DNA of 63,440 nt from a virus (IMGVR_UViG_3300025133_007312:1-63440), one strand, 5' to 3'. Numbered from the stretch's first letter, positions 49,965 to 59,499 are shown. Program-made: numbers and translations. Notes: generated by a model from the letters alone, not told the origin.

Positions 49965-50981
49965 TTAACTACTTTGGGTCAATGCTATCATAGCATTTTT
50001 ACCGCTGCCTCCGTTATATAATTTGGAAACTTGCCCACTATTAAGTTCAAAGTTCCACGCTGATATCTCGTCAACCATTCCTTCAAGCATCCATGCTCCC
50101 CCCAAATACCAGTTCCCCAGTCCCGTCGCATTAGAGGTATTTAACTTATTTGAAAACCCCGTACTAGCGCCATAATCTTTGTAGGGAGTACCCACATCAA
50201 TTCCGTTAACATATGCACTGATCGAGCGATTACCAAGAATAGATCCACTAATTGCCCACACTATATGATTCCATTGGTTGGCAACAATTGGATTCACCGA
50301 TGCCGATGGGAACCAGTTCCAAGTGTTGGTAGATCCGCTGACATACCATCCCACAGATCCATCAGTGGTGGACGATGCATTTGAACCCAAAACCAACATA
50401 AAACTATAATCGCTTACATTTGGATCCTTCAACCAAAAGACCCCATTATATTGCCAGGTTGATTGAGTAGAATTGGTAGGTCTAACCCATGCGGAAATAG
50501 AAAACGATTCAGAAAATAAAGTTTCCCATTGTGGTCTATTCGCTGGTGTGTCAAAGTCAACATATGCCTGTCTTGTATTGTAAACAGAAGAAGTATAAAG
50601 TTGAAGTGAATACGAACCACTAAAGGCATTTGCGGTTTGAAATGTCGGAATACCGCCCGCCCATCCCCTATCCTCTAAAGTCCCACTATATGTAGACTGA
50701 GATCCTGTTACCGAAACAGAGGTGGACGAAGAAATCTCAAAATCTGCATAAATAAATGGAACATAGTAAGAGGGATCTGGATCAGGTAAAATTGTATTCC
50801 GACTAAAAATTGATGTAGCATTCCCCTCTGTCACAACATAGGGGGCACCCGCCAATCTTAAATTTCGCGCAGATGGGGCACCAATAGAAAAGGGTGCCTG
50901 AACTTGAACATCATTTGAATCAACATATTCGGAAGAACCGGAGGAAAGAGTGGTGATTATATAATTATTGGTGTTTGACAC
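49965..50981 (-). CDS. LamG/ConA-like lectin-domain protein, probably virion accessory
   Basis: FSISAWVRP...NQWNHIV...YVNG...GMVDEISAWN.EL...V.KLYNGG. Confidence 0.8.
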   Translation of the reverse strand: MSNTNNYIITTLSSGSSEYVDSNDVQVQAPFSIGAPSARNLRLAGAPYVVTEGNATSIFSRNTILPDPDPSYYVPFIYADFEISSSTSVSVTGSQSTYSGTLEDRGWAGGIPTFQTANAFSGSYSLQLYTSSVYNTRQAYVDFDTPANRPQWETLFSESFSISAWVRPTNSTQSTWQYNGVFWLKDPNVSDYSFMLVLGSNASSTTDGSVGWYVSGSTNTWNWFPSASVNPIVANQWNHIVWAISGSILGNRSISAYVNGIDVGTPYKDYGASTGFSNKLNTSNATGLGNWYLGGAWMLEGMVDEISAWNFELNSGQVSKLYNGGSGKNAMIALTQSS

Positions 50982-50995
50982 TAAAATAATTAGTC

Positions 50996-51289
50996 TTATT
51001 TATCTTTTACATTCCTAAAAGCACAATGAATGCCACGGAATGCTTTACGATCAATTTTTAATTGAATTCCTGAGTCTATAAAACTATAATCCAGAATAGC
51101 ATTAGCGCAACGATCAATAATTTTAGCGGCATCTGCTTTATTACTATAGACCCACACAAACCCATCTTTTTTATCCGCATTACAATCCAGAATGTGGGAT
51201 TCCGATTCGGGTCCGCCACCTTTGCCCTTAAAGTGTTTAGAAAGTTCTTTAAGAGTTGGTTTTTCGTTTAATAATTGTCCCTTGATCAT
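50996..51289 (-). CDS. hypothetical protein
   Basis: Likely start at MIKGQ (51289), immediately after the upstream stop. Confidence 0.5.
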   Translation of the reverse strand: MIKGQLLNEKPTLKELSKHFKGKGGGPESESHILDCNADKKDGFVWVYSNKADAAKIIDRCANAILDYSFIDSGIQLKIDRKAFRGIHCAFRNVKDK

Positions 51290-51290
51290 A

Positions 51291-51881
51291 TTATTTTCCT
51301 TCATGGAAATACACATTAAAAAGTGCTTCCATAGATTTTGCTGTTGCCAAAGCATCATAATATGAGCGATGACGTTCATTATTTTTTAGTTGATTGTTGG
51401 TAGTTTCGAACAAGACATCAGCAGATGCTCTATTGCCCCCAACGTGATTAACGAGCATTAAAAATTCTAAAATTGAGGCACTATCTACAGTGCGTCCATA
51501 AAAATCCTCATTGATATTTTCATTTGCCAATTTATATAATCTCTGCAAAAAACCATAATCAAAACTAGAGTTGTGAGCGATAATTTTTGTAGGTTTGCGT
51601 TCTGGACCGAGAACTGTGTCCATTTTTTTTCTTATGGATTTCACTGCTTCGTTCGGACTTTTTCCTAACTGCTTTACCTTATTTAAATCAATTTGGTTAA
51701 TTTCCATCGCTTTTGGAATACAACTAATATTTTCTTCGCAAATATATGTATCGAAAATCGGTTTAATAACCTTTCCAGGTTTCCATAGAATACCGCTGAT
51801 TTCCAAAATGCTGTGTTCTTTTGGATTCAGTCCGCCAGTTTCTACGTCAAGTACAATATATGACTGTTTATCTTTGAACAT
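51291..51881 (-). CDS. DEDDh 3'-5' exonuclease (DnaQ/oligoribonuclease-like)
   Basis: VLDVETGG; AHNSSFDYGFL; HRSYYDA. Confidence 0.85.
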   Translation of the reverse strand: MFKDKQSYIVLDVETGGLNPKEHSILEISGILWKPGKVIKPIFDTYICEENISCIPKAMEINQIDLNKVKQLGKSPNEAVKSIRKKMDTVLGPERKPTKIIAHNSSFDYGFLQRLYKLANENINEDFYGRTVDSASILEFLMLVNHVGGNRASADVLFETTNNQLKNNERHRSYYDALATAKSMEALFNVYFHEGK

Positions 51882-51887
51882 AGTATA

Positions 51888-51916
51888 ATATTACCACTAT
51901 TTTACCCAAAGATCAA
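51888..51916 (-). promoter_or_regulatory. sigma70-type promoter, likely giving a leaderless mRNA
   Basis: TTGATC-17 nt-TAATAT with TGn; ATG 6 nt after the -10, no SD. Confidence 0.5.
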
Positions 51917-51939
51917 GATAAAAATGGAGATCTGGTCTT

Positions 51940-52350
51940 TTATGATGGTTGTTTATTAAGGTATTTCAATACTTTATCGTGAATTTTAGAATCCACATTA
52001 TCTTTCCAAGAAGAATCACCTTGATTAATCTTATTTCTAATTTCGGTGGCAGAGATAAACCCTATATTTGGCGGTGGTACATGCTCAATAATGCCATATC
52101 CTACGCCACGACCATAATTAACCGATTCAATATCCGGAATAGTCATTACCACTACGTCTTTATCTGCATAAACAGTTTCTAACATGTCCACTGTTTCTTC
52201 AGTGGTAAAGGGGTTTTTATCATCAGGGGGAATGTCCCTAACACAAATTAAAACAGGGATATTTTTATCTAATTTTTCTCCGATTAACCATTTGTGTCCA
52301 TTATGTAAAGGTTGCCATCTACCGACAAACATCGCTCTCTTAGTAGTCAT
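51940..52350 (-). CDS. HIGH-superfamily nucleotidyltransferase (cytidylyltransferase/NMNAT-like)
   Basis: MFVGRWQPLHNGH; ISATEIR. Confidence 0.8.
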   Translation of the reverse strand: MTTKRAMFVGRWQPLHNGHKWLIGEKLDKNIPVLICVRDIPPDDKNPFTTEETVDMLETVYADKDVVVMTIPDIESVNYGRGVGYGIIEHVPPPNIGFISATEIRNKINQGDSSWKDNVDSKIHDKVLKYLNKQPS

Positions 52351-52712
52351 TTATTTTCTCCTATTATAAAATCTATAGTTTTGTGCCATGCATTTGGGTC
52401 TTCTTTTTCAAATCTAATGGCGTGATCATCAATATAGTATTTTGCCGGATGTTTAATATTAGTAACATCATCAAAAAAATGCGATAAATTATATTTATCC
52501 AACCATTTGCGAATAGGTTTAACGGGACGACTAGACACAATAATTAATCGATACCCCGCATCCTTTAATTTTTGAAGTGACGGTATTGCACCTGGCATTG
52601 GTGGGTCATATGTATTGGTTAACCCCTGAAACCCTTTAGAATATTGGTGAATAACACCATCAAAATCAATAGCAATTGTAGATTCCTTAAATTGTGTTTT
52701 TACTTCTTTCAT
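52347..52712 (-). CDS. HAD-superfamily phosphatase (capless)
   Basis: IAIDFDGVI; VSSR; K; YIDD. Confidence 0.8.
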   Translation of the reverse strand: MKEVKTQFKESTIAIDFDGVIHQYSKGFQGLTNTYDPPMPGAIPSLQKLKDAGYRLIIVSSRPVKPIRKWLDKYNLSHFFDDVTNIKHPAKYYIDDHAIRFEKEDPNAWHKTIDFIIGENK

Positions 52713-52713
52713 A

Positions 52714-53511
52714 TTATAATTTTAAAAACTCCTCCCATGTTGTTTTTAAGATTTCCAAATCGGATTTCCAAATGTGCTCCACCTTCTCCCTTGATCCCTT
52801 ATTTTGCTCGTATATCTCCCATTTACGTCCACTCAGTACATGGTGGGGCGAAGATCCTTTTTCAAAATATTTTTTGTTAAACGGAATATTATACTTTTCA
52901 AATTCAAAATCAGAGCGAAGTATATCCTCTAAAAATATAAGATGATCTATATTTTTTATAATTTCTTGTTCTGTCTTATAATGGGGGGGATAAGGTATGA
53001 CTTGAGGGACTGCATGTAAAAATACATTTCTTAGTGATGGATGGGGAAGGGGAACTGGGTCGCATAATAAATCCAGATAATCATTAAAGGTGTAGTTCTC
53101 CCAATTAGGCAGTGAAGGACCGACGAAACCACAATCCATCCACACTTTGAATTGATTAAAGCAAGAAATCGCCCTATCATATACATTCCTAACAAAAAAA
53201 ATATTTTTATAGAGAGGATCTTCAAAGTGTTGTAAGGATGCTTGTTCTGTGGGAAAATATGGGACAACCCCTTTGGCGTGCCCATACCAAGTAGGAGATC
53301 GATAAAGGTGCAACCACCCGCGATTTTTTTTATTTAAATCACTATATGCCTTTTCGAGCATGTTTTTTGAAGCATAAAACGCCTTTAAAATACTCAGACT
53401 AGCGACCTTGGGACGATGATAATAACATATTTTTCTTTCGACATCGAGGAGCGCGTCGATGATAAATATCCCTTTTATGGACTGAGATTCTATTTGTTGT
53501 TGATAATTCAC
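52714..53511 (-). CDS. PAPS-dependent sulfotransferase (Sulfotransfer_2-like)
   Basis: 5'-PSB-like HRPKVASLSI; 3'-PB-like FVRNVYDRAIS; H..PQ. Confidence 0.7.
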   Translation of the reverse strand: MNYQQQIESQSIKGIFIIDALLDVERKICYYHRPKVASLSILKAFYASKNMLEKAYSDLNKKNRGWLHLYRSPTWYGHAKGVVPYFPTEQASLQHFEDPLYKNIFFVRNVYDRAISCFNQFKVWMDCGFVGPSLPNWENYTFNDYLDLLCDPVPLPHPSLRNVFLHAVPQVIPYPPHYKTEQEIIKNIDHLIFLEDILRSDFEFEKYNIPFNKKYFEKGSSPHHVLSGRKWEIYEQNKGSREKVEHIWKSDLEILKTTWEEFLKL

Positions 53512-53516
53512 TTTTT

Positions 53517-54266
53517 CTATAATTGAGAAATAATATATTTCTCTAAAAGTGCCACTGATTGATCTAAACTCTGATTAGCGGTATTAATTATGAGATCGCA
53601 GTCTTTTGGTTCCTCAAAGGGATCAGAAACTCCCGTAAAATTTTGAATTTCCCCACTTAATGCCTTAGCATACAACCCCTTTACATCGCGGTCGATACAT
53701 GTCTCTAAACTACACTTTATAAAAACTGTTTTAGCGCCACATTTATTTTCCAATTCTTGGCGCACTTCTTGATACGGATTAATGGCAGACATAATAGTGA
53801 TTACACCATTTCGACTTAAAACCTTTCCCACAAATCCTAAACGACGAACATTAGTATTTCTATCTTCCTTGGAAAATCCCAAGTCTTTACATAATCCTTC
53901 GCGATATTCATCCCCATCAATGATTTCAATTTTATATCCCTTTTGTCGTAATTTTTCTCCAACTGTAAACGCCAGCGTCGATTTTCCTGCGCCTGACAGT
54001 CCTGTCATTTGTATAAACATACCCTTTGTTTTACCCCACTTAATAAAATTCCACAAGCGTTCATGAAGAAAAAACACAAACACTTGAATAATATTATAAC
54101 ATAAAGCTATTAAACTTGTAGATTTAATATTGCCTGTAGTCGCGAAGACAACCGCAACTAGAATAACAACGGCAACCAAGCGCCATGTTACTGCTTTCCA
54201 AAAACTTCTTTTTTTTGAGTCAATCATATTTTTCTCAACGCCAATAAACTCACACTGTTTTTTCAT
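53517..54266 (-). CDS. cysC: adenylyl-sulfate (APS) kinase with N-terminal DUF2061-like membrane domain
   Basis: TGLSGAGKST; DGD..R; LGFSKEDR..N; RDVKGLY; FTGVSDPFEEP; N-terminal RSFWKAVTWR...HERLW. Confidence 0.92.
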   Translation of the reverse strand: MKKQCEFIGVEKNMIDSKKRSFWKAVTWRLVAVVILVAVVFATTGNIKSTSLIALCYNIIQVFVFFLHERLWNFIKWGKTKGMFIQMTGLSGAGKSTLAFTVGEKLRQKGYKIEIIDGDEYREGLCKDLGFSKEDRNTNVRRLGFVGKVLSRNGVITIMSAINPYQEVRQELENKCGAKTVFIKCSLETCIDRDVKGLYAKALSGEIQNFTGVSDPFEEPKDCDLIINTANQSLDQSVALLEKYIISQL

Positions 54267-54323
54267 ATAGAATATTTCACAAAGTTTCCGTATATATATT
54301 TTTTGGAAAAACTATTTATGAAT

Positions 54324-55166
54324 ATGTCTTTGCATGTAAGTTATATTATTCCCCACCGAGATCGTGAAGGTCTTTTTCAATATAACCTAAATAGTCTCAA
54401 GGCACAAACTAATAAAGATTTTGAAATTATTATAATAGATAGTTCACAGGATTCCTCAAAAATAAAAGAGATTGTAACTCAATACAAAAAATTTTTAAAT
54501 ATTCGTTTATTTTTTGTAGACCCCAAAAAATGTATCTATGCTCACGACGGCAGCATTTATGGTAATAATTTCTGCCCCGCACTTCAACAAAATATAGGGG
54601 TTAAAAAATGTGATGGGGATATTATCGTCCTTACATCTCCAGAGATTGTCAATGCGTCCACAAATGTAAGTAAAATTATTAATAAATTTAAAAACAGAGA
54701 CTCACAATTTTTATTAGGGTGGATGGACGAAATGAAAAAAGAAAATATAGCACCATGGATCAATTCGGGATACAACTTAAATCAATTAAAATCCCTCTGC
54801 GAGAACAATGCCAAAATTGGTGCGTGGTGTAAAGAGCATGATTGGCGACCAGCAAACTATTTTCTAGGAGTTCTCCTAAAAAAAGATTTCATTCATATTG
54901 GGGGAATAGAAGAGTCTTTCATGGGGGGAATTGCATGGGAGGATGATGAGTTCTCTCGTAGGTGTATTGATAATGATATAAAATGTTCTTTTGAGGGCGG
55001 TATTGGGGGCGTTCATCTCTCCCATCCACGCACTTATCAATGTGTCGGGGAGACGGCATGGGAAATTGATAGCATTAATGGAAAAATTTTTCACCAAACT
55101 TATAATCTCGTTGCTAACCAAAATCACGAATGGGGATCTTTTGAAACTATCATAGGGGAATATTAG
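54324..55166 (+). CDS. GT2-like glycosyltransferase with GT7-C-like motif
   Basis: VSYIIPHRDR; FEIIIID; GGIEESF...WEDDEF; start uncertain (54303/54318/54324). Confidence 0.8.
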   Translation: MSLHVSYIIPHRDREGLFQYNLNSLKAQTNKDFEIIIIDSSQDSSKIKEIVTQYKKFLNIRLFFVDPKKCIYAHDGSIYGNNFCPALQQNIGVKKCDGDIIVLTSPEIVNASTNVSKIINKFKNRDSQFLLGWMDEMKKENIAPWINSGYNLNQLKSLCENNAKIGAWCKEHDWRPANYFLGVLLKKDFIHIGGIEESFMGGIAWEDDEFSRRCIDNDIKCSFEGGIGGVHLSHPRTYQCVGETAWEIDSINGKIFHQTYNLVANQNHEWGSFETIIGEY

Positions 55167-55172
55167 TTTAAA

Positions 55173-56861
55173 ATGAAAAATTATGCTGAAAATTTATGTA
55201 AATCTTTTCCGCTATGGAAGAGATTTTCTGAGCGGTTTAAATGGAACTTGGGAGACTATGACTTTAAATCCTACACAAACCCAGAAAGCATCCCCAAAAA
55301 GCAAAAAAGCACCTTTAGTAATTTTAAACAATTTTTTGATTGTGTATATATTGTTAATTTAAAAGATGAAGTAAGTAAATATGAAAAAACCCTCAAAATA
55401 TTGAATTCCTATAACATCACAAATGTTAAAAGAGTTATCGCATATGACGCGATAAATAACCCTAAACAATATCGCAAACTAAAACGAATCCACGACCAAA
55501 GTGCTACTGAACATTGGAAAACAGAGGGTCTTTTCAGAGTCCCAGGAGCATTCGGAGTTCATATGTCTCATATTTGGATTCTTGAAGATGCAATTTCTCA
55601 CAAATGGAAATCCATTCTTATTCTGGAGGATGATGTTGTATTACATCAGGATTTTTATGACCTTTTCATGCACCAGTATAAAAATTTACCCGACCATTGG
55701 AAAATGTGGCAGTTGGGGGCATCACAGCATGGCAACTGGAATGAATTGGAGATTAATGACAAAAATCAACTCTACAAAGTGAAACCAAAGACATATGGAG
55801 CTTTTGCGTATGCTCTTAAATCAGAAATTTTTGGATTATTGTGGAATGAATTTCAAAAACATAAATTGCCCAATGATGTAATTACGGGTAATATTGCAAA
55901 TGAATATTATTCATCCAGCGCGTTTGTTTCTCATCCCAATCTAATAATTGCCGATATTATTCCCAGCAAGACACGGGGGGCATATAAAGAAACCTTAAAT
56001 CCGCCACCAAAAAATGACGGTAAATTCAAATATCCCAAAACCCTTCATTTATATTGGGGAAAAACCCCTCTTTCATTTTTAAATTACTTAACCGTAAAAT
56101 CTTTTTCCAAATATCACCCCCATTGGAAAATAAAGATTCATATTTCTAAAAATCCAACTCACCCTGCACTGAATAAAAGGGCATATAGCGGACCATGTTT
56201 TTTACAAAAAATAAAAAATATTCCCAATTTATCACTCCATCCAGTAGACTTAGATAATATTGGATTTAATAATGAAGGAGGTGACACCCACAAGAGTGAG
56301 TATTTTCGATATTATATATTAGAAAAAGAGGGCGGGGTTTGGTCTGATTTTGATATTCTTTATTTAAAATCTTTGGAGGGATCTTTTAATTTTACCGAAG
56401 AGAGTGTTATCTTTAAAAAAAGGTTTTTGGATTTGCAGTCTAAAGAACTTATTAAGTATCACCCTGTGGGATTGTTTTTATCACAACCAAAAAGTCGCTT
56501 TTTTAAATTTTTAAAAGAACAATGTGCAAACCAATATAACTCCACCAACTATCAACATGGGGGCACTAAACTATTTCAACGCTTATTTTCAAATGAAGGA
56601 AGCGTTTATGCCATTGATGAAGACTTACGAGAGCACATATTAACCCCCCAAAAACCCGCTTATTTACCTATAGAACGAAACAAGGTACATACCCTTTATG
56701 AATCCGGTTCTCCAAAAAAATTCACTTCCGATACCGTGGGCGTGTGCTGGTTTAATGGGACAAAAGAAAGTCAGGAATATAATTTAAAATTAAGTAAAAG
56801 GATAAACTGTTTTAATCCAGAATGCCCAATGGATTACCTAATCGAGCAATTCATCGCGTAA
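55173..56861 (+). CDS. two-domain glycosyltransferase (GT25 + GT32-like)
   Basis: FDCVYIVNL; GVHMSH; ILILEDDV; then YPKTLHLYWG...KSEYFRYYIL...GGVWSDFDI. Confidence 0.82.
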   Translation: MKNYAENLCKSFPLWKRFSERFKWNLGDYDFKSYTNPESIPKKQKSTFSNFKQFFDCVYIVNLKDEVSKYEKTLKILNSYNITNVKRVIAYDAINNPKQYRKLKRIHDQSATEHWKTEGLFRVPGAFGVHMSHIWILEDAISHKWKSILILEDDVVLHQDFYDLFMHQYKNLPDHWKMWQLGASQHGNWNELEINDKNQLYKVKPKTYGAFAYALKSEIFGLLWNEFQKHKLPNDVITGNIANEYYSSSAFVSHPNLIIADIIPSKTRGAYKETLNPPPKNDGKFKYPKTLHLYWGKTPLSFLNYLTVKSFSKYHPHWKIKIHISKNPTHPALNKRAYSGPCFLQKIKNIPNLSLHPVDLDNIGFNNEGGDTHKSEYFRYYILEKEGGVWSDFDILYLKSLEGSFNFTEESVIFKKRFLDLQSKELIKYHPVGLFLSQPKSRFFKFLKEQCANQYNSTNYQHGGTKLFQRLFSNEGSVYAIDEDLREHILTPQKPAYLPIERNKVHTLYESGSPKKFTSDTVGVCWFNGTKESQEYNLKLSKRINCFNPECPMDYLIEQFIA

Positions 56862-56876
56862 TCCAACCCTGAACAT

Positions 56877-58871
56877 TTAATTGCTTAGATCAGATGAAAT
56901 CGTTTTTAAAATCCCTTTGTCTCTTCGACTCATATATCGATTAAAAATTGTCATAAAATCGTTTTCTTCAAATGTATCAAGATTGGTATGATTAAATTTA
57001 TTAATAAATCTTTGTGAGTGGGGAGATCCGTTAAACCAGTGTATGCAGCACGAATTTTTTACCTTTCGTAACACTTCTTTGGGCGAGTGGGACGATTTAA
57101 AAAGCGTGCTCATCTGATACCACTTATAAGGGGCAAATACATCTATATTTACTAAACTCTTATCCCAATCATAATCATTCTCTAACATAAATTTACTTGC
57201 CACCTTATTAAGCATGGGGGTTCCGATACTCGAATAGTGGTCTGGATTTAAATTATCCCATACGGATTCTAATAATTTTTTCGTTATTTCACTGTCGGGA
57301 TGAGAAAACACTATATATTGACAAAAATGTCGTTCGTTCGATTTTATCTCGTTCTGATGATGATTACAAAAAACAAATTTTGATTTATCATATACTTGAG
57401 AAGCGGTCGGGCGCTTATGTTTGGTGCCAAATCCCCCATTAAGTGAAATCGCTAACTCTCGTATATCCTTATAGGAATCATAAGGGGTCGCCTTCACCAC
57501 CCTTTCAATTGAGTTAACCCAAAAAGTATCCATGTCTAACCACATTCCGCCTGATCGGGTCAATATTTTTAAACGTAAGAAGTCTGATTTAATGACTTCT
57601 GATAAATAAAATGGAATCCCCTCAAACCCAGATTCAAAATCGATTTCCACCACCTTAATGTCCATTTTTAGTAATTCTTTTATATAATTAGATGAGGTAT
57701 ATTTTTTCTTATTTTCAAAACCAGTCCAAGAATTATAAACAAATCTTCGTTTGGGGTAGTATAATACCACTTCCCAATCAGGATTAAATTTTTTAAAAGT
57801 ATAAAGCGTTAAATAATGCAAAAAAGATAAATTGGACATATCCCAATAAGTGAACGCAATTTTGGGAATAGAATTGAAATATTTTATATTAGGGGGACAA
57901 TAAATTTGATTTTTGGGCGCGTTTGCATAATCTGGATTTTCTATGAGTCGTGCTTGAAGGCATATTTTTTCCGAACGGAAGGGCACTTCATCTAACTTTG
58001 TTATTTTCTCTTTAAGAAGACCTTTAACTATTTCTAAAAAAAATTCCTCGGTGTGCTCATAAAATACTTTTTGATTTTGTTTCCACTGGGTATAGATTTT
58101 TTTATTTTTGGAATCTGCATTAATTTTGTAAGAAGGGTTTGGTTGATGATATTGGTGAACTACAAATACTTTCTCGGTAAACGGATCAGGAATTTCGATG
58201 TTTAACCCTGCTTGATATTTTAGTGACATAACAAAACCATCATCATCAAAGCAATACCCTTTGTAGTAATCTGAATTAAATCCGCCAACTTCTTCTAATT
58301 TTGTCTTATAAATGGCAGAACAGTAATGATATCCCGAAGTGATCGATGGTGCGGTTGGTTGAGGATGATTATACCAATAAACTCCCGAATTGACTTTATC
58401 TTTATTTATTTTCGCCAATCCCTTATCAAAAAACACCATATCATATATGGTTTTTCTAGAATTTAATATCTCCTGAGTTGCTTCTTTTGAGTGAGAGGTA
58501 TAACAGGCATAACTTATATATTTGTCTTTAGTTAAGTTTTTTAATGTGTATCCTAAAATGTTTCCCTCATGGATACACTCGGGACTTTGAATAATAATAA
58601 TATCCCCTTGCGCTTTTCTAAATCCTAAATTATAAATTGCGCCTGGGTTTACTATCTCACGCTGGTTCCGTTTAGTTATCACCTTTAACAATTCAATTGG
58701 AAATGAATATTTTGCTAGGATATTGTCGATTTCATGGCGTTTATTACTATTGTCGTCCACAATAATAACTTCAAAATCATATTTACCTGTGTAATCAGTT
58801 TCAAATTTGTCTAAAGTGCTCTGTAATAATTCTTTACGATTGTGATACGCCATTACAATGGAGAATTTCAT
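56877..58871 (-). CDS. two-domain glycosyltransferase (GT2 + GT32-like)
   Basis: FSIVMAYHNR; VDDNS; GGFN...FDDD; then IPKIAFTYW...KSDFLRL.IL...GGMWLDMD. Confidence 0.82.
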   Translation of the reverse strand: MKFSIVMAYHNRKELLQSTLDKFETDYTGKYDFEVIIVDDNSNKRHEIDNILAKYSFPIELLKVITKRNQREIVNPGAIYNLGFRKAQGDIIIIQSPECIHEGNILGYTLKNLTKDKYISYACYTSHSKEATQEILNSRKTIYDMVFFDKGLAKINKDKVNSGVYWYNHPQPTAPSITSGYHYCSAIYKTKLEEVGGFNSDYYKGYCFDDDGFVMSLKYQAGLNIEIPDPFTEKVFVVHQYHQPNPSYKINADSKNKKIYTQWKQNQKVFYEHTEEFFLEIVKGLLKEKITKLDEVPFRSEKICLQARLIENPDYANAPKNQIYCPPNIKYFNSIPKIAFTYWDMSNLSFLHYLTLYTFKKFNPDWEVVLYYPKRRFVYNSWTGFENKKKYTSSNYIKELLKMDIKVVEIDFESGFEGIPFYLSEVIKSDFLRLKILTRSGGMWLDMDTFWVNSIERVVKATPYDSYKDIRELAISLNGGFGTKHKRPTASQVYDKSKFVFCNHHQNEIKSNERHFCQYIVFSHPDSEITKKLLESVWDNLNPDHYSSIGTPMLNKVASKFMLENDYDWDKSLVNIDVFAPYKWYQMSTLFKSSHSPKEVLRKVKNSCCIHWFNGSPHSQRFINKFNHTNLDTFEENDFMTIFNRYMSRRDKGILKTISSDLSN

Positions 58872-58897
58872 ATGATTATAATTATCTCACATCTCAA

Positions 58898-59398
58898 TTA
58901 AGATATCAAAAAATCTTCCCAGGGGCGCGGGATTTCCCCGTGAATATAAGTAAAAAAATTTAATCTAGGTTGAGATGGTTTTTTCTTAAGGATTAAATTT
59001 GCATCTTGTGGTGATTTGTCGCCTTTATGTGTATTACACCGATGGCACGAGGTAACTAAATTGTCCCAAGAGGTTTTGCCCCCTTTTGATCGGGGAATTA
59101 CATGGTCAATAGTAAAATTTTTCTTATTTAATCTTTTTCGGCAATATTGACATTCGCCACGATCTCTTATAAGGATATTAGTTCGGGTTAATTTAACCCC
59201 CCACGGCAATTTAAAAATAAAGTTGACTAATCGCACAACGGCAGGTAATTTAAACTTTTTATTTGGTGAATTAACCCATATATCTTCATATTCTCGGATT
59301 ATCTCAATTTTCTCTTGGAAGTACATCGTCATCGCCTTTTGCCACGAAACTTGTTTAATTGGACGATAACTTGCGTCTAAAACTAATACATGTTGCAT
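58898..59398 (-). CDS. HNH endonuclease (McrA-like)
   Basis: VLVLDASY.P; RD...CQYC; TIDHVIPRSKGG; CHRCN..K. Confidence 0.9.
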   Translation of the reverse strand: MQHVLVLDASYRPIKQVSWQKAMTMYFQEKIEIIREYEDIWVNSPNKKFKLPAVVRLVNFIFKLPWGVKLTRTNILIRDRGECQYCRKRLNKKNFTIDHVIPRSKGGKTSWDNLVTSCHRCNTHKGDKSPQDANLILKKKPSQPRLNFFTYIHGEIPRPWEDFLIS

Positions 59399-59447
59399 AT
59401 CTATTAGTATATAGAACTTTATACTTCATAGAGTAAAAAGTCAAGGC

Positions 59448-59473
59448 AAAAAAAAAGGGGCAAATGCCCCCTT
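59448..59473 (-). terminator. rho-independent terminator
   Basis: Minus strand GGGGC-ATTT-GCCCC followed by a T run of about 9-10, downstream of the beta-barrel gene. Confidence 0.85.
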
Positions 59474-59499
59474 CAAAAAATCTTATTTTTTAATTATGA

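Noticed and set aside
58898-59398. HNH as an intron-encoded homing endonuclease
   Set aside because: Free-standing between two intact genes; no interrupted host gene or intron structure seen
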